Part shown: positions 7,518-17,200 of the stretch, in pieces
Position numbering within the stretch: position 1 is the first letter of the stretch
How the letters are laid out: each line of letters begins with the position of its first letter
Source of the DNA: a virus
Lineage: Duplodnaviria > Caudoviricetes
Reading direction: 5' to 3' (one strand)
IMG/VR virus record: IMGVR_UViG_3300002307_000196
Coordinates: 1-26,675 of that record
DNA: 26,675 nucleotides
The notes under the pieces: generated by a model
Told to the model about the DNA's origin: nothing
The model's input: only the letters and a program-made list of their open reading frames with translations
Database searches by the model: none
Translations under genes and position numbers: made by a program

Positions 7518-7676
7518 ATGACCGAACTCGAAAGACTCCAGCAGGAAAACATCGTACTGCGCGAAGAGCTGGCGCAGGCCCATCGACGCATCGCTGAACT
7601 GGCGGCAGCACTGGCAAAGATCGGGCAACAAGGGGGCCTTACTTCGGAACGACCGGCGTCGAATTCGCCAGCATGA
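7518..7676 (+). CDS. Small coiled-coil protein (52 aa), absent from the ORF track
   Basis: MTELERLQQENIVLREELAQAHRRIAELAAALAKIGQQGGLTSERPASNSPA*, with a heptad pattern. Overlaps the 3' end of the convergent gene by 38 nt. Confidence 0.45.
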   Translation: MTELERLQQENIVLREELAQAHRRIAELAAALAKIGQQGGLTSERPASNSPA

Positions 7677-8175
7677 TATTTTTATCTTCGCTACCCTTGG
7701 AGCTGCCGAAATAAAACGCAATCACCTGTTCGCACTTCGCAGACAGGTAGCCCACCAGCGTACCGGCCAGGGCGCTGTCAACCTTCGCGTAGCCCAGCAG
7801 CGTACCAGCCACCAGTGCGACGAACGCGCCCACGATGGTGTAGGCCAGAATGGGCACCGTGAACGACTTGGTGCCGGTCTGCATGCCGCGTGCGCTGGAT
7901 CGGTCGGCCACTTCGGCCTGGTAGGTCTGCAGCGCATAGTTCTGGTGCAGCTGCAGCATGGTTTCCGTGTGTGTGGTTTGGAATTCCTTGGCCTTTTCCA
8001 CCGCGTCGGCGCTGGAAGTCAGCGCGGCCAGGATGTCTTCAGGCTTGCTGCTGGAGGCGCCGATCTGCGACGCCAGTGCGGAGCCGATGGCAGCGCCACC
8101 GGGGATAGGCAGGATCGCCCCCAGCAGCGGCAATCCGATCTTGGCAAGTTCCGTGCCGAAGTTTGCAAGGTCCAT
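7639..8175 (-). CDS. Holin-like membrane protein of the lysis cassette
   Basis: Gly/Ala-rich hydrophobic N-terminus, two C-terminal TM segments and a FYFGSS motif. Follows the endolysin, with an AGGAG RBS. Confidence 0.65.
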   Translation of the reverse strand: MDLANFGTELAKIGLPLLGAILPIPGGAAIGSALASQIGASSSKPEDILAALTSSADAVEKAKEFQTTHTETMLQLHQNYALQTYQAEVADRSSARGMQTGTKSFTVPILAYTIVGAFVALVAGTLLGYAKVDSALAGTLVGYLSAKCEQVIAFYFGSSKGSEDKNIMLANSTPVVPK

Positions 8176-8176
8176 A

Positions 8177-8614
8177 CTAAGCTCCTGCTGTGTAGGTGGC
8201 CTTGCCGTCAGCGAAGTGCGCGGTCAGCACCTGGCGACGCATGCCGGGGTCAAAGCTGATGTGCACCCAGGTGCCTTCCTGGATTACCTGGTCGAACTGG
8301 ATGTCGCTGGCCTGGATCGCATGAACGATGGCCAGCGGATCGCCGAAGTCAGGAGCCACAAAGTCCGCCGCGAATCCTACCTCGTGGGCGCTGTGGTGCA
8401 CACCGTGGACCTCATCATTGAGCGCCGGGCAGCGGAATCCGCTGTTCAAGTGCATGGGCACGCCCAGCAGTGCGCGCACCAACTCCAGGCCGTTGGCAAC
8501 GATCTGCAAGTTTGGCAGCACATCCGCCGATGGGGTGTTGTCGATACCGTCGCGCTCAGCGGTGTCGGAGTGGGTAAGTTCTTCCAGTGCGAAGTGTTCA
8601 GTGAGTTGCGTCAT
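8177..8614 (-). CDS. Endolysin, peptidase M15 family
   Basis: HFALEEL, NSGFRCPALN, SAHEVGFAADF (H-x6-D) and WVHISF. Confidence 0.9.
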   Translation of the reverse strand: MTQLTEHFALEELTHSDTAERDGIDNTPSADVLPNLQIVANGLELVRALLGVPMHLNSGFRCPALNDEVHGVHHSAHEVGFAADFVAPDFGDPLAIVHAIQASDIQFDQVIQEGTWVHISFDPGMRRQVLTAHFADGKATYTAGA

Positions 8615-8628
8615 GGGTGTCCTCGAAT

Positions 8629-8862
8629 TTATTTACCGTTAAGCCCCTGGATGGCCTCCACCCGGGTAACGCGGGTGTCCAGGCCATTGATGCGGGTATG
8701 CAGTTCTCCGGCCATGTTGTCGAGCTTGTCGCCCAGCTTCTCGCCCATGGCGTCCATCCGAGTGATGGCCCGCGATCCGATCCAGCCGATGACGGCTGCG
8801 AGCATGGTGAACAGAGCGCCGACAACGGCCACGGTGATAGTGAAAAATTGAATTTCGCTCAT
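8629..8862 (-). CDS. Single-TM plus coiled-coil protein (holin/antiholin candidate)
   Basis: N-terminal hydrophobic helix, then heptads ending RVTRVE. Lies immediately upstream of the endolysin. Confidence 0.7.
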   Translation of the reverse strand: MSEIQFFTITVAVVGALFTMLAAVIGWIGSRAITRMDAMGEKLGDKLDNMAGELHTRINGLDTRVTRVEAIQGLNGK

Positions 8863-9029
8863 TGGTTTCTTTCGTCGGGCGGAAGGTTGAGGGATGCAGC
8901 CAGATAGGCTGATCGGCAGTGATTGGGCTAGAACCAGAAAAGGCGGTCGATGAACGGTCGCATGCGTCCGTACGCCCTGCCCTCCAGCTCCGCTCGACGG
9001 TCTATGATGGGGCAGGTTGGTTCAGTCAT
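8859..9029 (-). pseudogene. Small ORF interrupted by an in-frame TAG
   Basis: MTEPTCPIIDRRAELEGRAYGRMRPFIDRLFWF*PNHCRSAYLAASLNLPPDERNQ*. The start overlaps the upstream stop, and the second stop overlaps the next ATG (ATGA). TAG at 8928-8930. Confidence 0.6.
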
Positions 9030-9346
9030 CAGCAGTGTCTCCCAGAAGGGTCTATCGGGTTTAAAAGGGTTTCGCATATGAACACGGCAACGGTTCTCTT
9101 CCAAGACGGCCCGCCCGTGTGGTAAGCCTCAAGGCGCGCACTGATCGTGTAGCAGCGTGCAGGCGGCAAGCCCATCAGCAGGAACAGGGTGTAGTTCAGC
9201 GTCACGTCGATCAGCGCGAAGATCAGCAACACAGGCAGAAATGCGATCTTGTTCCAGACGTTCAAGTCACCAGCAAGCCACCGCCGGTAGACGCTGATGG
9301 TCGCAGCAAACGCCCAATAGAAGATGAGTGCGTAGAGGATGATCAT
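9029..9346 (-). CDS. Phage membrane protein (105 aa)
   Basis: ATG 9346 overlaps the upstream stop. Hydrophobic segments and a TISARL...W...C..LLNPIDPSGRHC pattern seen in small phage proteins near lysis genes. Confidence 0.7.
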   Translation of the reverse strand: MIILYALIFYWAFAATISVYRRWLAGDLNVWNKIAFLPVLLIFALIDVTLNYTLFLLMGLPPARCYTISARLEAYHTGGPSWKRTVAVFICETLLNPIDPSGRHC

Positions 9347-9729
9347 GGATGTGTGGGCTGAGCCGGTAGAGTTGCGATAAGGTCTGCTGGTGATGCTGGC
9401 GTGGCCTGAGTACCAGCCTGCACCGAGGCGAGTGTCGCGTAGCAGGATGACCACACTTGATCACGCCACGCGATCAGCGCATGCGCCTCTGCAGCGAACT
9501 GCGGTACGGTGCTGTTGGCGTAGCTTGCAGCAGACAGGATTGACTCGTAGCGCCATGCCTTTGCACCGGCATCGAGCCATGCCTGCACTGCGTTCTCGAA
9601 GTCAGTGACCGTTGGTGCTGGTGCGGAAAGCACCGGCTGTGTGTCCGAATAGGTTTCACCAGGCAGCAGATCGGCTTGTGAATTGACGGCACGCCAGCCG
9701 TCTTTGGTTGCGTTGATTGCGTAGCTCAC
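9343..9729 (-). CDS. Putative tail fibre assembly/accessory protein (128 aa)
   Basis: GTG overlaps the fibre stop, with a GGAGG RBS. VQAWLD...YESILSAASY...EAHALIAWRDQVW pattern typical of genes following tail fibres. Confidence 0.7.
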   Translation of the reverse strand: MSYAINATKDGWRAVNSQADLLPGETYSDTQPVLSAPAPTVTDFENAVQAWLDAGAKAWRYESILSAASYANSTVPQFAAEAHALIAWRDQVWSSCYATLASVQAGTQATPASPADLIATLPAQPTHP

Positions 9730-11201
9730 AGGTTGTCCTCCCAACCAATGCAAGCCACAAAGTTCGCGGCTGCGGCACTGGCGACATAGATGTTTGTGCT
9801 TTCCAAAATGAAATCTCCGACGACAGATTCAGAGACGCCGGAAATGCTATTCAAGTTGCTAAACAACGGTTGAATTGCAGCGTTCCAGCCGCCTGACTGC
9901 GTGTTGTTAGGTGCAACGACGATGAAACTCCCTCCCGACCCTGAAGACGGCGTGTTCAATTGCACTTTTATTAATGCCGCAGACGGAGGGACAAACGCGG
10001 ATACTCCTACCGCTGCCCAAGTGGTGGTGGTCGCGTTGATGGTGCCCACAGCTCCAGAGGACATTACCGGATATGCCCCACCAGCCGCGCTGATGTACTG
10101 CACCCGTCGCCCATACTGCTTAAACGCAAGTGGATAGTAGTTGGTCGCCGACAACGTGCGAATCGCTCCCACTCGCGCAAAGTAGGTGTATCCGCTAGGC
10201 AGTGTTGGTGCAGTGGCAGACAGTGAGAACAGCAGCGCAGTTCCACTAGTGCCATTGATCACGAAGACGTTGTACCAAGTTGAGAATGCCCAAGCCCCGG
10301 TATCAAGGCTGTTTGCAACGCCAGATGCAGCCGCCGTGTTGGCGGACAGCGAAACGGTGCGAAGCGTCAGGTAGGCGTGGCCTGCACTTTCAAGGACAAT
10401 TTCATCCGCACTCACATTGACTGCCGCCGTAGTGCCGTTGGCTGATGCCTGCAGATTTTTAAATGCTCCCTGCACTGTTGACTGTGGGTTCGCTGCGATG
10501 GCAGTGGCGATAACAGCGGGGACCGACGATAGTGCGGCCAGCGCCGTGATGTCGTTGTTCGCGCCGGAGGCTGCGTAGCTGCCTGCTGGCTGAAAATCTG
10601 TCGCTGCGTGCGTAGAAGCAGAGCCAAGGCCAAGCGCTGTGCGGGCAGTTGGGGAATCCGTTGATGCCAGCACTCCGCTCATAAAAGAGGAAACTGCCAC
10701 TGATACTGTACCAGCGAAGTTCTGGATAGCCGTGCCCGCCGCATTCCAGCCGAGTAATGCCAGGCCGCTCGGGGAGGGCAGCGTGGTGCTGACGCCGCCA
10801 ACACTGATCGGGAGCTGCAGCGCATTACTGACACGAGCTGTGAGCTGCTGCACCAGGATCGTCAGATAGTCCAACGCGTTGTTGATGACGGACGGATAAA
10901 AGTTCCCGGCGTTGGTCAGGTTCGCACCTTGAAGCGCTGGCACCTGGCTGGAAAGCGTTACCTGATAACCAGTTGCAGGCGCGACCAATAGAGTAACGCT
11001 GCCACCCGGCGAGGTGTCCTGGTTGCTGCTCAGCGTCACCGTGTAGTTGGCGGTCAGCGCCAGCGTCGTGTTGTTGCCGAATGCGTCGGTCTGCACCACC
11101 AGCACATCGGATGCCTGGAAAACTTTGAAGTTAAAGCCGAATACCGTTTGCGAACCCGTTCCGGCATACGGCCCTGCTGTGCGCGTGGGGCTAGAGATCA
11201 T
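9726..11201 (-). CDS. Tail fibre protein
   Basis: T7 gp17-like N-terminal anchor (AGPYAGTGSQTVFGFNFKVF...ALDYLTILVQQL), ARTALGLGSA linker and a beta-rich Ala/Thr/Ser C-terminus. Confidence 0.85.
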   Translation of the reverse strand: MISSPTRTAGPYAGTGSQTVFGFNFKVFQASDVLVVQTDAFGNNTTLALTANYTVTLSSNQDTSPGGSVTLLVAPATGYQVTLSSQVPALQGANLTNAGNFYPSVINNALDYLTILVQQLTARVSNALQLPISVGGVSTTLPSPSGLALLGWNAAGTAIQNFAGTVSVAVSSFMSGVLASTDSPTARTALGLGSASTHAATDFQPAGSYAASGANNDITALAALSSVPAVIATAIAANPQSTVQGAFKNLQASANGTTAAVNVSADEIVLESAGHAYLTLRTVSLSANTAAASGVANSLDTGAWAFSTWYNVFVINGTSGTALLFSLSATAPTLPSGYTYFARVGAIRTLSATNYYPLAFKQYGRRVQYISAAGGAYPVMSSGAVGTINATTTTWAAVGVSAFVPPSAALIKVQLNTPSSGSGGSFIVVAPNNTQSGGWNAAIQPLFSNLNSISGVSESVVGDFILESTNIYVASAAAANFVACIGWEDNL

Positions 11202-11225
11202 TGGGACACCCTCAAGAATGCGGGC

Positions 11226-11258
11226 AGTGTCGCCAATGATCAGGTGCGCTTGTACACC
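11226..11258 (-). promoter_or_regulatory. Putative phage late promoter, copy 1
   Basis: GGTGTACAAG-N17-GACACT, 24 nt before the tail fibre ATG. Same architecture as 20437-20469. Confidence 0.6.
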
Positions 11259-14200
11259 CTACTTATGCGGCGCGCCCAGCAGCGGGTCGGTAACTTCGTG
11301 AAGCGCGTTCGATGGCGGCGCCACTTTGCCACTAGCGCGGTCGGCCAGATACTGCGCGGTCTTGCCGACTTGGCCAAGCGGTAGGTGCGCGGCCTCGCCC
11401 ACGGCGTTGGCCACGTCTTGAATCGGCTTGCCCTTGTCACCCTGGCCAGTGGCCCCCTTGTAGATGTCGCCACCTGCCTGCACCATGGTGTGCAGCCAGC
11501 TTTCCACCGGCACCTGGCCAGCGCTCTTGTACCCCTGAATCATCGACGCAGCATCGCGCACGAAGGGGACACAGCCAGCAACTTCGCCAGCGATGGCCTT
11601 GGCCATCCATCCGCCCCAGCTTTCATCGTCCTTTTTGTGGAAGTGGCTTGATACCGCTTCGGCCATGATGGCAGGCACCAGGATCGCCGCGATCGCCTGC
11701 GCGAATGTGGCGGGCTTGGACAGGCCTGGCGTCATCAGGCGGCTGCTTATGTTGGCCAACTGGCCGTAGGTGTTGTTCATGAAGCCGTACAGCGTGCCGA
11801 ATTGCTTCATCCACTTGTTTGGGTCGTTCAAGAAGTTAGACCGTGCCGACTCCACATTGCTGCCATGGGCCTCGCGCACCATCTTGTTGGCATAGCGCAC
11901 CGCGTCGACTTCGCTCATGGGCTGGCCGGTGCCCCCTTGATTTACGGGGATGCCTTCGGTCACGGCGCGGTCATAAGATGCCCAGGCAGTCGGCACCGCG
12001 CTGAACAAGTCCAGGTTGGCGATCATGGCGTGGCCAGCGCGGTCCAGCTTGTCGTGCCAGCTATCCGGTTCAAACAGGCTGTGGGACGTGACTTGATAGT
12101 CGCGGTCCATTTGCTGAGAACGGGCGAAGATTTCGTCGAACTTGGCTTTGGCGCCTTCGACCTGGTTGGTGTAGTCGTGGAACATCGATGCCATGCGCGA
12201 AGCAAAGAACCGTTCGCCGCCACCGGCCATGAAGCCCAAAGACTTCAGCGCCGCAGCGCCGTCATGCTTGATAACCGTGGACAAATTGAAGCCGATGCCG
12301 TTGATCACCATGCCGGTGCGGCTGTACTGCAATACCTTGGACAGCGCATCCGCGTTCGCATCCGCGTTGTTGGCATTGGCCACGCGGCCCAGCCAGGTGT
12401 TGATTGCCTTCCACTCTTCCGAGCCGTAAGCCGTTTGAAAAGCGGCTTTGAATGCCGGGTCGGTCACGATCTTGTTGGCATCGACCAGGGCACGGCGGTA
12501 CGCCAGATCATGCAGCGTTTCCTGCATGGCCTGGGCAATCGTGTGAAAGTCCAGGTTGATGGCGTCGGTGTAACCTTCCATCCGCACATTCATAGCACCG
12601 TTGGCCGTGCCGGTGCGCTTGAAATAGTCCCCCACGCTCACGCCATTGGCCGCGATCTCTTTGGCCGTGTCGGCTTCCACGCGAGCGCCCCGGTTGCTGC
12701 GCTTGGGGTCATAGCTGATCCGGGCGTAACCGCCAGTCAGTTCGCCGTTGGCCAGCTTGGTCGGGCGCGCTTCGATCTTGGGCGGCGCTGTCTGGCCCAT
12801 CTCGCGATAGAGTGCTTCGACTTCCGGCCAGTGCTTATCGTTCAATTCCCAAATGTGGTTCACTGCGGCGATGTCTTTTTCACCCATGTTCTGGTCGAGC
12901 ATCTTCCAGACATCGGCAGGGTTCCAGCCATAACCCTTGGTCAGCTTGTCAAAGTTGGATTCGTTGCCACTGTGCAGGGCCATCATCAGCATCTTGCCGC
13001 GCGTCAGCTTCATGGGCACGTTCTCGCCTGCGGCCTTGGTGAGCTGGGGATCGAGTAGCGTGTCGTTCTGCACGAAGTCGTGCAAGCTCTTTTGCCAGTC
13101 TTTGCCCAGCTCTTCGGCCTTGGCGCCGAACGCATCCGACAACCCCTTGAGCATGCGCACCTTGTCGTAGCTGCCATTCAGCACTGGCTCAATGATGGCT
13201 GTGTATATCGGCCCCAGCACTTCGTGCCGGTCAAGAATGTTGGACCGGAAATCGGTGGGCTTCAGCTCGGAATTGACTGCGCGGGAGAACGATCCCATGT
13301 GATCCATCGCCTTGCCGAATGCACTCAGCCCCTGGTCTTCGTGTGACAGCACCAGCTTTTCGGCGCTGAACCGGGTGCCCACCTCTTCCAGCTTGGGGAT
13401 CAGCACTGAGTCAACGTGCTGGCGCAGCTCGGCCCTTTCGCCATTCACCAGAATGGTATTGCGGTTTTTGCCAACCGCTTCCATGGATCGCACTGTATCA
13501 ACCAGGCCCCGGAATTCTTCGACCGTCAGTTCACGATAAGGCTTGCGGAATTCGGGCAGCAACATTTCCGGTGTGACACTGGGCACCATGCCGTTGGCCA
13601 CTTGGCTTTCCACCCACTGCGCAAGATTCTGCTTGGCACGGGTGGGCGCATCGCTGGGGCTGGTGCGCAGGCCGAAACGCGACATCAAGTCGTCGATCTG
13701 ATCACGGATGTCCACATCGATGCGGGCACGCACAGCAGGCTTTTGCAGCCGCTTCAAATACACCCGGCCCTTTTGCACATCGGTCACCGCTTCGCTGGCC
13801 GACTTGAACAGCCGGTTGTTAAGCAGTGCGGCGCGCTGGGCTTGCGCCGCGCCAGCCGGGTCTTTGGGCGCCAGCTTCAGCAATTCCTTGTTGGCCTTTG
13901 CTTCGGCGGCACTGTACTGGGCCGGTCGCAAGTCGCCCACCACCTTGGCAGCGATGGCCGTATCAGCTGCGGCCTTGGCTGCTTTGTTGATCTCAGCCAC
14001 TGACATCGGCGACTTGGTGAGCATCTTCAGGCCAGTGGCCATGAACTTGGCGCGCACCTCATTGTGGATCGCCGCTTCGGCTGCGCGCTGGATGCTGACC
14101 GGATCAACCAGGTCGCCGTGGCGCTCAAGCATGCGCTGATCAACGAGGGCCGCTATTTTTTCTGCGGGCTTTTCCCCACTGGTTAGTTTGCCGACCAGCT

Positions 14201-17200
14201 CTTTGCCCGAGTTGAAGCCGAACATCTCGGCCACCAGGTCAGGGTGCAAACCGTCTTTGCTGGTCAGGCCCTTGAGTTCGGCCACGACGTCAGGTGCGCC
14301 CAACTCCCCCTTGGGGAACATTTCGCGCAAGGTATCGGTATTGAGCTTGTAGCCCTTTTCGGCCTTCACCGGGTTGCCTTCGGTGTCCACCATCTCGCCC
14401 TTGGTCAGCCAGGTGCGCGCTTGGTTGATCGGTTCGGCCTGCACTTCCTTGGTCACTTCGTCGGTGATCTTGGTGCGTTCTTCGCGCGCGCTACGCTGCA
14501 GCTCCCGCATCTTCCCTTCTTTGGCGTTGGACATCCACTTCATATCGCGGATTGAACGCGCTTGCATATCGGCGATGGCCTGTTCAGTAGCTTCCTTGCC
14601 CAAGGTCTTGTACTGGTCGATCATCTCGCCGTGTTCAGCGGCCAGGTCGGGGACGGCGTAGGCGCGCACGCGCTCAGCATCGTTGATCGTTTCCTGCGAG
14701 GCGAACATGCGATCCATGACGGCACGCACTTCGGGCGACACGTCGCCGCGCATCGTGTGGTACACCGACATCAGCCAGGAACGAAACCGGCTGAACATGC
14801 TTTGCAGCTCGGGCACCGGGGCTTTGCCAGTCATCAGGTAGTTCTCGAAACCTTCGGCAAACTGTTCATGCCCAGCGCGCTTGGCTTCCAGATCACGCGC
14901 CGACCAGTCGGCCATGCGCTCTTCAGGGCTGGCGCCTTCAACCTTAAAGTGCTGCAGCAAGGTGTCGAAGTCCGATTTGATGCCCTCGGGTGCTTCGGGC
15001 GACTTGGCCAGGTCGTGCATCGCTTCCAGAAAGAAGTGCCCGGACTCATGCAAGAACGTGGACAGATCGGCATTCTTGAGCATGCCCAGCTCACCAGTGG
15101 CGGGGTTGTAGAAACCCCGGTTGCCATCGGCCTGGTAGAACTTATTCAGCGTTTCATCTACAATCGACTCGGGAACGCGGGCTGGCGAGCCATCCGGCCC
15201 CGCAGCGTTGGACGTGTCTGTACTCGGTTCAGCGTCGTTCCCCTTGTCTTTTTCGAATGCAGTCAGCAGCCACTTCTTGGCTTGGCCATCCCACTGCAAT
15301 CGCACCGCCCCTTTGTGATCCGCTGATTCGAGCTGCGCACGGTTGTCCGACCGCTCGGTCACCTTCATGGACGCGATCACGTCCTGCAACTTATCAACCA
15401 CTTCCGGGTGCCAAGCCACCAGCTTGGCCAGCCCATAGCCATCGTGTTCGTTCTCCCCGGCCACGCCCCACGGCAGATCGATGTCGCCGATTTCAGCATG
15501 GTGCAGCGCGCCTAAGGCCTCGCCGGTCTGCGTTTTCTTCAGGTGATCGACAGCGCCCTGCGCGTCGTGGTGGAAGTCTTTGGTGATCGGTCCGAAGGGG
15601 CCATTCGAAGCGGACTGCAACAGAACGTTCGAGCCATCAGGCATGACGCGCACACGGCGTGACTGGCCAGGGGCAGCAACGCGGTAATCCTGACGCCCAT
15701 CAGGGAATTCATCATCAAGCTGCAGGCGCGACGGCTTCACCTTGAACGGGACAGCGGTGTCGCCATACCCGGTACTCGTTTCCGGTGTGGTGGTGAAATA
15801 AAGATCAGGTTCACCAGCAGACTTCAGCACGCCAGTGCGGCCAATCTCTGCAGCGCGCTCAGCAGACGTGTGGTGATAGACCGTCACGGTGCCATCAGCG
15901 TTTAGAGGCAAGCCCGTGGCTTCATCCACCCCATGCTGCGCCAGCCCGCCCTGTCCTTCAGCTTTGATGGCCAGCGGCATGCGCTCCCGCATCTCTTGTG
16001 GCGAGATGCCCATGCGCTCGGCCATGGTGTCGTAGAAGGCGCCATGCAAGGCCGCGTACTGCTTAGCCACGTCCACCGGAAAGCGCCCGGTAGCCATAAG
16101 CTGGCGGTGCACATCGTCAGTGATGCCCTTGAGCTGCAGCTGGCGTTCATCCAGTGCGGCCTGTTTCTTTACCGCGTCTAGCGCTTGCGCGGTCATTTCG
16201 GCTTGCTGCTGCGCGAGATGTTCCTGGCCTTCGGCAAACGTCATGCCGTTGGGGTCGGTCTTCAGGTGCGGCAAAATCGCCGCTTCCATGGGTGTGCCCG
16301 CAATGCTGGTGGCGTAGTCCGCTGTGGGGATGCGCACATCGCCATTGGTCTGGATGGCTTCGGTCAGCTGATCCTTGATGCCCGGCAGTTTCGCATTCAG
16401 TTCATCAGGTGTGACGCCTGACTGGTTCAGCGAATCGACCAGGGTCTTGCCATCAACCCACACTTCGGGCAGGTGGCCGTCTTCCGTGACTTTCTGCACA
16501 AAGTCGTGAAATGCCTGTGGATCGTTTTTGCGCAGCTCGGACTTGGCCGCGAGTTCACCCAAGGCCTGCAGCCCGGCTGCGCTCTGCGTGGCATCCGCTG
16601 CCCTGGCCGTGTCGGTAACGATGCCTTCGGGCACCGTGGGCTTGCCGTTGGCAAACAGGCTAGGCGCGCCGTGCGTGACGGTCTGCATGCCGGTGTGCAT
16701 CGCAGCCATGAATAGCGCACTGTCCCAAGCCTTTTCAATGGTGGGGCCATACTGGTCGGCCAGTTGGCCGTAGCCGTTGGCTTTGAGGATTTGGCTAGCT
16801 GCGGTGTCACCCGCCACTTCTTGCGCGGCGCCCGACACACCGGCTTTGGCGGTGGCGCCGAACAGGCTTTTCACGAACGGCACAACGCCGGACTTGAATG
16901 CCAGATCGCCCATAGGGATCATGTTGGCCGCGCCCAGGACAGCGCCCTGCACTGCCCCGGCCTTGTTCGCCGTGGCTGGATCGACGCCACGCTGCTGCAG
17001 ATCCTGTGATGCCGATGTGCCCTCAGTTCCGGCCATCACAAACGGCGCGGCTTCCAGGAATGGCAGATACCCCAGGGCGCCCGCTACCTGGCCGCTCCAG
17101 CGTTGTGGCGACTGCGCAATGCCGGTCGCCTGCATGTTCTCACCGCGCGCGGCGTAGGCTGCGCGGTCTTCGGGCGACATCTTGCCCAAGGCACCATCAG

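Noticed and set aside
8928-8930. Genome-wide TAG reassignment
   Set aside because: TAG is the evident stop of genes ending at 621, 3882, 8177, 11259, 20473 and 26079.
8860-11201. Diversity-generating retroelement at the tail fibre, as in BPP-1
   Set aside because: No reverse transcriptase and no TR/VR repeat pair seen in the window.
11802-13058. Long antisense ORFs (also 873-1658, 3919-4803, 7958-8851, 17641-18645, 24958-26031)
   Set aside because: They are shadow frames opposite well-supported GC-rich genes and show no recognisable motifs.
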